A DNA stretch of 62,944 nt, filler included, from Sphacelaria rigidula (Eukaryota): assembly GCA_964200075.2 (NCBI GenBank). It is 7 parts of 7 records of this genome, joined end to end, with 100 filler letters (N's around TTAATTAATTAA, not from the genome) between each part and the next. Parts side by side here need not be neighbours in the genome. Positions count along the whole stretch, not along the records: positions 1 to 8,908 come from CAXNAA020009783.1; positions 9,009 to 17,916 come from CAXNAA020009784.1; 5 more parts are not named here. One strand, given 5' to 3'. This document shows, in pieces, positions 1 through 9,514 of this stretch. Below the pieces are notes generated by a model that worked only from the letters and a program-made list of their open reading frames with translations, was not told where the DNA came from and did no database searches. The first letter of the stretch is position 1. Each line of letters begins with the position of its first letter. Made by a program: the position numbers and the translations under genes.

Positions 1-1299
1 GGGGGGGGGGGGGCGGGGGGCGGGGGGTACGAGGTGGATTTTAGTGAGGGGGGGGTGCTAGTAAGCAGCACGGGCAGCGGCACATGAAAGGGGGGACGTG
101 GGCTCTGTCCGAAGGCGTCTCTCCTACAAAAGGGATAATGTTAAACTCAAGTGTTATTTTCATAGAATTGCAAAAGATCGTGTGATCGCACTGATAGGGG
201 GGACATGATGCGCTAGGAGTGCCTATGCGGTTACGGGGCCACTCCTCTCTCCTTGACAAGGGGCGGGAACTATCTGATACCACAGGGGAAAAGTCAATCG
301 GGCTAGACTGAATTGATGTGGTCAAACATCATAGAAAGGCCAACAAACTCGTGGGCTTACGTCTGAAGGCAAATTTGTGGCAGTACCGTCGACGGAAATA
401 AATAAATAAACTAATGCACCATGACAACCATGACAAGGAAATCGGTGAGGCGGCGTTGTCCCAGAATGGGGGAACTTTACTGTAAACGCGAATTAGTTGT
501 GCCAACGTCAATAACGCACGGTCCGCTACCACATGGGGGAATCCACTGTTTCCACGACTGACGGTCCAGGTTCCCACATCTCAGAACCATGCTGCACGGT
601 GGGGTGCCGCTCACCCAGAAGGGCGCGCGGGGGGGCGAGGTGGGGGTGCTCGTCCATTCACAGGGGGGCGTTCTATTTCGGCGCAAGGCAAATCAACCGA
701 ACGTCACTACAGTATGAACCGTCGAAACCAACTTTCAACTTCCACTAATGTAATAGTGATCGGTAGACACACAGTTTGCACGTGGCACAGTGGCGCATGC
801 GATACCCTGTTCCAAGGCAGGGTGAACACACTGTAGTAAGGCAGGGTGACGGTTAGCTGCATGCACAAGGCAGAATAAGAACGCAGCTCCGGCCAGTCCT
901 ACGCGTAGTCAGTAATCCAACGAAGTGCGTCACCACGGCACTTACGTGGATGCAAACAAGCAGGGACATAACTAAGCGCAGCTACAGCAAATCGCTCGGC
1001 AGTTGCAAGCAGTGTACTAACCGAGGGATATATACGTATCATTAATACGCGAAGTGTGGGCAACGCACAGCAGAGTCTACTGTTGTACAATGGAACTTTA
1101 CCCAGTATAACGTGAGACGCACGACAGTCAGAATAACACGGGGACGCCTCACTTCATAGAAGTGAAAAGCGCAGAAAAAAAATGATGACTTGCTGACTAC
1201 AGCTTGAGCAGACAAACACAACGCCAGGCAACACTAGTATAAGACTCGACCAACAAGGCGGAACAAAGTCCGTTTGACGACGCCAACTGTGATTGCCTA

Positions 1300-3854
1300 T
1301 CACCGTGTTCGAGAGAGACACATTTGATGGTCACCAAGGCTTGGATCAGCATCGAGTGATGCTACGGTAGGGGTACAGAAATAATTTCTGAGATTAGAAT
1401 TCTTAGGAGCCCCTGAACCAGACAAAATTTCGCGAAAAAAGTGCACCCCTACCGTAGCACTGCTCCATCAGATATCCTACCATGACCAAGCGCGTGCACG
1501 TCAGCGCAAAGCTTTCACCTTCGTGCATGAAAAACACACTATCCGCGTTTCGCGCCTTGAGAGATCCAATACTACTCTCTACAACTTGATGCACAAACGC
1601 CCTACTTGAAAGGTTAGCGATTAGGTCTGGGTTTACAACAGTTTGTCGACCATCCACCAAGGCGCCGACGAAGCCGCCAACGAGGCAGTCTTGAAGACTA
1701 AATTATCCCTTAACTGGGCAGGACTTTTTAAGATTCCGACCGGCGGGCCCTCGCCATCGCCACCTGATGGTAAACCTGTTGGCGACAAACGTCTTTATCT
1801 CGATCTCCCTCGCGGTCTTCGAGGACATGGGGCCAAAATCTCGCGTCTCTGTGCACCGATGCAAAACTTGCACGAATCCGCATGACACTAGCGACATGCA
1901 CAAATAACTCCCTGCCGGTCTTACACAAAACGTGCTTGACAGCTATTCGACCAAGTCACCGCCTTGTCACGTTACTACAGACGACGTGACGGAACAACCC
2001 TTTCGCCTAGCGTGTCTCTTATCTCTGGTCATCAGGAAGTAAGATTGCTGTCATGTACAAAACTCACTGGCGAGGCCTTCGGAGAGCGTCCCGGAAACGT
2101 GAATCAGACCTTTAGCTGCACTGCCGAGCTATTATCCTATACTGGATGCAACCCCGGCAGCAAAATCTTGCTAACAACAAGATATATCGCAACATCCGCC
2201 GCGGGGCAGCACTCCGCGAACTTCACCGTGACAAAGGTTTGCGCTTTGCCACCGATCGTTATAAATTGATACTCACCAAGCATTGGGAAGCAAAGATCCG
2301 CGCAAAACAGGGGGTCCTGCCCGAAGGCGCCCACCTGTGGTGCAAAGGCAGCGACAACCTCTGGTGGCGGGGCCAGACTCACTCCGCTAACCTGAACGCG
2401 CCTGATACATCCATCGTGCGCCCCATCGATGACCCTGGGCCCGTGCAGCTCAAGCTCTGCTCAGAGCTATATACCGCCAGTCCATCCGCACCATGAGGAT
2501 CTCGACACTTCCAGCGACTCAAGTCAAACGGCCTCCGCCGCGGAATCCAACATAACATCGGTTGCACACATGATGTAAACGCACCGCTTTGAGCTTTCAC
2601 CGACCTCCTGCTTTTTGAACCACACGACGTTTTCCTCTTTTCTTCTTCCCCTATCTTTCAGATATTTCCCCCTGCTTCCATCATTCAGGACACACCAGTG
2701 CCACCCACCGACTTCTTCAACAGCCTACAACCGGAGTTCCTTCGGCGCACAACAACGGACCACGAACGGAACTTGCCCAGAGCACCTTCATTCTCGGCTG
2801 CTAGAGCTTTTCGTATTCTCGCTCTTGATTTGTATGACTGGTGCTGGATCCCTTGCAGCCTTTGAGTTGCTGACTCCTTTGCTTTCCTTAGCCACCATGC
2901 GCTTGTCGCATGTGATTGACCTTTTGGCGGCTGAGTTTGTCATCACCCATGGCATTACGCCCCTGGCATGCCTTCCAGTTTGCCTCTTTACTTTTGCTAG
3001 CGCATCGAATCATTTTGGTGTTTTTCCGTTTGAGTTCGCTAGCCTGCAGCAGCATTGTGTACTCCTGCGTCTTCAAGTGCACTTGCGCTTTTTGGTGGCA
3101 GATTCTGCTTCCCTTGTTTGAGGAGTGGGAGGATCGGGCAACGGAGTGGATGTTGCCCTCCTGGTCTGGGGTATACCTTTCTTTTTCTCAGCCACCACGG
3201 CCGAGTGCTTTTACAGCATTTACGTTCGCCTTTTTTGCCGTTCATGACTACAAGTGGAGAAAAACTCGATTTCCGTTACCTTTTGAGACTCCTCATTGCA
3301 ACTGTAATGGAGGTTCGTCTGGTTGGGCTAGTGTCATGAGGCTAGGAGGCGTTTATGATGAAATCCGGGATCGTATAGTTGCGAGTCTAATCAAGCTTGC
3401 CAATGTGAGTTCTATATAATGGAATAGACAACGATTCTAGCTGCTCTCCCGGTTGACTTGCGACTGTGAAGCCTTAGCAAAGCTAGCTATTGTCCGGTGA
3501 GCGACCTGAAAGAGCATTAAACAGAGCGATAACGAATACGTGAACAAGAGTCTTAAAGATCAAGTGGATATTAACCTGCAATTGTGTGAGATTTTCTCGA
3601 GATGGCTTGTTTCGGACACGATTCACAAAGCCTGTGCTGCCTGTTGGATCAACCGATCCATCTGCACAGCCTGCACCGCGCATCCAAGTGCACGCCTGAC
3701 GAATCTCTTGACATCACTACCGTCACTACCGTCGACGCCAACTGTGATGTAGGTGGAGTATAGCTAATTCATTGGCCGGGATCTCTCAGTATGAGCACCA
3801 GGGGATACCATGGTTCCAGCTAACCAAACTCCCAACATGGGTACATCATATACA
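1300..3854 (+). mobile_element. Degenerate Ty3/Gypsy (chromovirus-like) LTR retrotransposon, 3' part: integrase C-terminus, chromodomain, extra domain, 3' UTR, PPT, putative 3' LTR
   Basis: Integrase tail reads PITVFERDTFDGHQGLDQH|QISYHDQARARQ...KVSD*VWVYN...KLSLNWAGLFKI (GPY/F-like). A chromodomain-like ISGHQEVR...KIAVMYKTHWRGLRRASRKRESDL lies at ~2020-2115. Many stops and frameshifts. Purine tract GAGGCTAGGAGG ~3338-3349 is followed by TTTATGATG...CATCATATACA (~3352-3854); the LTR end is tentative. Confidence 0.8.
1354..1465. mobile_element. 112-bp MITE with GAG...CTC termini and 4-bp TSD (CATC), inserted in the Gypsy integrase
   Basis: TIRs GAGTGATGCTACGGTAGGGGTAC and the reverse complement of GTGCACCCCTACCGTAGCACTGCTC. 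CATC at 1350-1353 and 1466-1469. Removing the element restores the frame DQHQIS. A partial second copy lies at 27041-27099. Confidence 0.8.
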
Positions 3855-4596
3855 GACCTAGCTCATCCATCATGCACACAACACAGTAAGTTCTTATGTA
3901 TACTACTGGGAGATTGAAGACTCACATGTTGATAGCACCATATTGTACCTACAAGCCGGTCTCTAACTCAGTACAGCCGGGGTGCAGCCATAGGAGCAGA
4001 GCCTGGCGATGCGCCAGCGTAGCAGAAATAACCAGGCAAGCGAGCAAGGCCAGCCAACAAGTGACACAGAAACGGGTGGCGCGCCCTATCTCACCACAAC
4101 AATGACAATGACAAACGCGATACGACGCGTCACGGAACCCAGGGGCTACGAGCAGACCCGCACATCCCAATATCTTGCAACGCCTCTGAGTTTCATCACA
4201 CTGATCGCTTTATACAACTTTCAGTGATGTTTCGCAAAACCTATGGTATCGTTTGACTTACATCTGACTGCATCGAAAGGAAGCGCTTTTTCTCATGTTT
4301 GCGAGCCGTGAACAATAATCCTAATTCTTGGGGTTTGTGACGAATTGACGCCGTTACGTGGAGTTGGTAGTGATGATCTGGATAATGAACGGGGACACTA
4401 GGTTGATACCCTGGCGTGTCTAGGAGGCTGTACTTACGAGGTCACTCCTGAATAATAAGACTGTTATAAAGGCTGACAGCTGAAACTGAGGCCAGCAAGA
4501 CTGGGGAGTCCCTTAACAGTGATCCAACAGTGCTTCCACTGGCTGGCGTCACAGGTTGAACACAACAATTCGAAGGATCGAGAATTCACGCCAAAC

Positions 4597-5000
4597 TAGA
4601 GTTTGGAAATGGTTTGTCTAACCATTAACCAGTCGAATGGTTACGCGTAGCGCGCTCATTAGCCAGTTAAACAGTATATAATGGTTTGGTAATCAAGCGG
4701 CGCAGCCGCGAGCCAAAAAGCCCTTCCCTCTCGCCGGAGGCGCCCCCAGAGGGCTCCGCTAGAGGCGCCGTGCCGGAGGCACCTTTTTACGCGATTTGGA
4801 TTCACTACACTAAAAGGTACATTAAATTTGGGCCAATTTTGAAGGACTGTATGTAGCATACGTGACGGGTAACGGCTTATAAAGCCGGTAACGGTAAATA
4901 ATGGTTTGAAACCATTACCCAACTTTTGCATATAACCATTACCGTTGTTACCATTATACTGATAATGGCCAGTTATAACTGGTACCATTTCCGAGCTCTA
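4597..5000. mobile_element. hAT-type MITE, 404 bp
   Basis: TIRs TAGAGTTTGGAAATGGT / ACCATTTCCGAGCTCTA. Perfect 8-bp TSD CGCCAAAC at 4589-4596 and 5001-5008. Many subterminal AATGGT/ACCATT motifs. Confidence 0.9.
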
Positions 5001-5008
5001 CGCCAAAC

Positions 5009-8000
5009 AGTGTCACCGCGGGAAACCATCTTCGCAAGCAGAGTTTCCGTTGCAGTCACGCTGGTGTGGTTAAGTGCACCGAAAGAATGCCGTGCACACT
5101 CGTGTCGATGACGATATCACCAGAAGAGCAACGGCTGACAGGAAGCTCCTCGCCGGTGTCCTTAGTGTGTCCTCGTTCGGTGATTCCCAATCGCTGCAGA
5201 GATTGGCATCATACATAGTACCAGCACATACCCAACTTGCCATGTGTGGGCAGTTGGGTTATTGTAGCACAGTCGCGGAAACAAGATCGCGGGGTGCCCC
5301 GGATATCGTCTCCTGTCCGTGACGCTGACCAGTGCAAATACCGGTCTCTCTCGGCCTCTCTGCTTGGACAGAAGAAGCCTCTGTGCGCAGTAGAACATAT
5401 CGTCGAAAAGCAGGGTGATGTTGCCGTCACCGCTACTATTCTCTCACACACACATACGAGCAAGGACGGCTGCGCACTTGCGGCAAGATCTAATAATCGG
5501 AAGCTGGGGGGTGGTATTGCAGTCGTTGATTTTACCAGACGTCTGCAAAACAAGGACAACAAACAGCCTGTCACATCCCAGTTAGGGGGATGGCTGTATG
5601 AGAGATCAAACACTCAAATAGGTCTTCTTTGTATGCAGAGTAAAAACAGATACCTCGTACGGGTGACGTAGCTCTTGCTGGCGTGACGGAAATGAGGGCT
5701 GAGATTCTGTAATTGAGCTTCTCTGCTGTCACCCGGTCGCATGCATGGTGGGGGTGTCGTGGGGGCGTCTGTCGCAAAAACTTTTTATGTGACGAAAGTC
5801 GTCCTAATCTGAGGCGGGATATGGTTAGGAAGAGGGGTGTCCTATAATTAACCACCTGGCATTGCATTCCTCACCCGCACCGTTAAGCGCTGACCAGGGA
5901 GGTCTTGCCTGAGGACAGCTTTCGAGCAACGACAGGCAGAGGTAGGCAGTCGGTTCAGCGCGGAGTATGATTGCAATTCCGCTGCTGCATGTACTGACTG
6001 TCTGTAGGAATTCGATGGTACGAGCCTTGTGAGGGAGACAAGGGTAATCAAATTAGAATCTTGATCGGTTAAATCAAAACGGCTCTGGGAAGCTGCCAGC
6101 ATGCGCATCCCTTCCCCTCTCGCCAGGTATAAAAAAACGGGGCTACACTTTTTGCAAGCTCTAGGAAACATTGCCGGGCCCCGAGTGTTTTCTAGGAGGA
6201 AAAGTCAATTTCAAACATGAACGGACCCACTGCGGTTCGGTTCTATACTGATCGCTCTATGGCCAAACTGGCGGGGGTCCGCAAGCACAGATATTTGCGC
6301 ACAAGCTTTTGTTCAGCGGCCAATCTCGAAACCTCGGAGCCAAGCAAATCTAAAAAGCAGACTAGGCTCTTCGCTGTGGGGTGATGCAAAGTGTCTGGGA
6401 CGTGTGTTGGCGGTTCTCTTGGCTTGGGGGTTAAAAGGTGGGTCAAACGTCCCAAGAGTGAACAATCCGTGGGCAAAAAATCTGTTTGCCATAACACCCG
6501 GCCTTAGCTGCGTAAACTCGTAGGATACAACTTGTGCCGCCATTGTGTGTGAGTAGCGTACTGTACTCACGCAGGTCGAGAAGAATCTAGTCTGTGAGCT
6601 GGCAAACCAACACGTCAGTGTTGAGGATGCGTTTCAGCCCCACATACGTGTAGAGTTTGTTTCTTGTTCCGAGGGTTGAGTGCGCTGAGCTTGGTCAACT
6701 TGACCATCCACCGACAATCACTCTCCTTCACCACCTTCAGTTTTCTGCGTTGAGAAGAGACTGTGCATTCTGTTTCGTCTTGGCCGGATGAAGAGTCTAA
6801 TCATCCATCTGTCTTCTCGATTCTTATTTTGAGCTGCAGAAGCAAGTGGTTTCACAACCACCGGTGCAAACTCTGCACACATTACTGTTTGCTGAACAGT
6901 AGTGAGCCAGTCTCGGGACAGTACTACAGAACACGAGCTATTCCGACAACTGTTTGGCGTGAATTCTCGATTTTTCGAATCTGACAGCCGATCATCGAAA
7001 TCGAGGATGGAGCGTTTCATTGAGGATGAAAACCCGGAGGATGAAAATCTTCGTATTCATATCAAATATTCGAAATATGGTTCCATTCCTTCACCTACTG
7101 GTAGCTATTGTCAAGTGCTACACGCCCAACAAACTCGTATTCCGATAACCGAAATGTTGGGGCTCTAGATAAAGAAACATTTTGGGGGAATTTGGGTGAT
7201 CCGATCGGATCGCTGAAATTCCCCGAAATTCTTTTTTTCACCTAGAACCCCAATATTTCGGGTATCGGAATCACAATTTGTATGACGTGTAGTACTTGTC
7301 AATAGCTACCAGTAGGCGAATGAATGTAACCATACCTCGAAGATTTAGCGTGGATACGAATATTTTATTCATTTGGGTTCTCATCCCCAATGAAAAGCTC
7401 CATCCTCAATTTTGATGATCGCCTGTTATTGGGTTTAAACCCCACTTGGGTGTTCAACCCCCAAAATTAGAATCGGCTGTTGGACGGTTACTTTGTCTCT
7501 ATTTTCATACTATTGACCTGTGTGTGCCATCATCAGTCAGCATTGGGGTTATGAGGCAAAAGGGGCAGGCTAGCAGAACATCCGTACGACCAGAACAGCC
7601 CTGGGCGTCTGCAGATAGATGTACCCCAAAACATTTCTCCCCCCCTCCAACATGCACACTTACTTGCAGAGGTCGGGATCCTTCATATGACAGCCTGGAA
7701 TCGTCATTAGAGAGTTTCGGAAAACTATTTTTCAAATCTTTGAGTCAGAGTGGAAGGAAAAATAGCCGGTAACCGTGCACTTTCCGCTATGAAGTTTTTT
7801 TCAGAGCGATTTTTTCCGAGTGAGAGTGCCGTTTGCACCACTTCACCCTGAAAACCGTTGTTCCTCTTCAGAGCCCATAGCGGAATGAAGAAGAACCACG
7901 CCAACTTCACCGCCATGGTCATGTCCAGTCCAAAGTCAACACACCCTAACAAGCAAAGTGGGACATTCATCATCCATCAAAACTGCCGTACTCATCACAA

Positions 8001-8280
8001 TGGGCCATTCACGAAGTAGAAAAGCTTGGCATGGGAATCAAAAGACCTCCCTGACGCCGCCATGGTATCAGCATTCGCCTGGTCGTGTTGCGTGAATACT
8101 TAAATGCTCGACGGGCACACGTTGCCCTTGGGTCCAGTTCCTCCCTCTTGCCAGCCTCAGTTGTAAGAAGACGGTGTGAACGATTCGTAGTCTACAACGC
8201 GCAAGCAGTACTACACCTGGCTGCATTGTCATTCCGTTAGAGGTCATGACTTCTTGCATCACACTTATGGGTGGCATGCT
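5009..8280 (-). mobile_element. Highly degenerate Plavaka/CACTA-like transposase relic, interrupted by a foldback element
   Basis: Broken minus-strand peptides in an order compatible with Plavaka transposases: SRPLQVSV, ADAQG..LACPFC, RMHSL, YRTP..LSSHKKF, DGNITLLFDDMFYCAQRLLL..FALVS, IVIDTSVHGILSVHL. Homologous DNA occurs at 26840-26922 and 46800-47750. The repeat status is clear; the family call is inferred. Confidence 0.5.
6982..7428. mobile_element. Foldback (long palindromic) non-autonomous element
   Basis: ~215-bp imperfect inverted arms around a central GATCCGATCGGATC. Partial copies at ~24965-25170 and at 52578-52626 plus 53351-53470. Confidence 0.85.
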
Positions 8281-8908
8281 GGGAAATCATCACGATGCGG
8301 CCTTGTCTGTTGTTCAAAAGTGCTGCCTACTACTGTACTGTAGTGGTGCTGTATTACTGTACAAATGACTGTACGGCATCGCTGTAGTTCACCGTACCGC
8401 GATGTACTGTTGTAGGGTTCTGCATTGTACTCTCTATACTGCACTGGCTGTAGTCTACACTGCACAGCCCTACAGCACTGCAGTACCCCGTGGTGCACCG
8501 TGGTGCATTGAAGTACTACAGGTGCAACGAAGCGTGGTGTACAGCACGTACGGTGCCGCAGGGTATGGTACAGCAAATGCTGTCTTGACTGGTGAATTTT
8601 CAGACTGCACCTGACTGCATGCTGGGCGATCGCACATTTATTTGGCGGCACAACCTGCGGCCAATCACTGCGGGGGAAACAAGTCCACATCAAGCCACGT
8701 CATATCAGCTTCCGCTATGAACTTTTTAGCGTCCACTCTGAAGTTTCAACGCTTCCACTCTGCGCTCTGACTCTATGATCAAAAACAAAATCTTCTGAAA
8801 CTCTCTATTGAGGTTTAACATTTTTATGAGGTTTAACGGACCAGCGAAATTTCATTTACTTTGTTCAAAAGGCTCGGGAGTCGCAACCGGTTTCGACCAT
8901 GTGCTCCT

Positions 8909-9008
8909 NNNNNNNNNNNNNNNNNNNNNNNNNNNNNNNNNNNNNNNNNNNNTTAATTAATTAANNNNNNNNNNNNNNNNNNNNNNNNNNNNNNNNNNNN
9001 NNNNNNNN
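8909..9008. other. Artificial contig spacer N44-TTAATTAATTAA-N44
   Basis: 100-bp linker with stop codons in all six frames; identical to five others in the window. Confidence 0.99.
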
Positions 9009-9514
9009 GAGTCAACTTATCATACTAAAACCAAGTAATTTCCTGACGAATCATTATTTGTCCTATCCGTGATACCTTACAGTCGAAGAACGTGAAGTTA
9101 TACCTTCTTTCCAGCGTAAAGCTCCAAAAAATAGCAATCTGAACAAAAAAACAGCATGTATGTATGTATGTATGCACAAACATGCTGCTAATTTTGCTTC
9201 GCTTTGAAAGGACACGGGAAAACTTGACAACACGAGAAAAGGACAAACGCTACTCTCCGATCATACTCCTGCAAAAAAAAACAAAAATGATACGTAAAAA
9301 AACAAAAGTCCCCGAAATGCTTCCGTGATCGAATGATAATTGAACTCTGAGGGTGATGGACGCACCTGTCCCATCGCGATACCCGTTCGATACTCCTGCT
9401 GAGCCCACTCTTGAGACTACTCCAGGGCGCGTGGCAACGATAGATTGTAGGCAGGCCGGCGGGCCGAAGCCGAAGACAGACAGACACAAGCGCGGAGCAA
9501 CCCGGAAGCGGGGG

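Noticed and set aside
1..1300. Possible TE coding or LTR sequence at the start of contig 1
   Set aside because: No diagnostic motif or matching second LTR could be established by eye.
5074..5322. KDZ/Zisupton-like TGG..H..ES motif in the plus-strand frame
   Set aside because: The key Cys is absent, and flanking homologous segments read more plausibly as protein on the opposite strand.
8953..8964. TTAATTAATTAA recurring every ~9 kb as a biological periodic motif
   Set aside because: Always centred in 44+44 Ns; it is a six-frame stop linker added during assembly processing.
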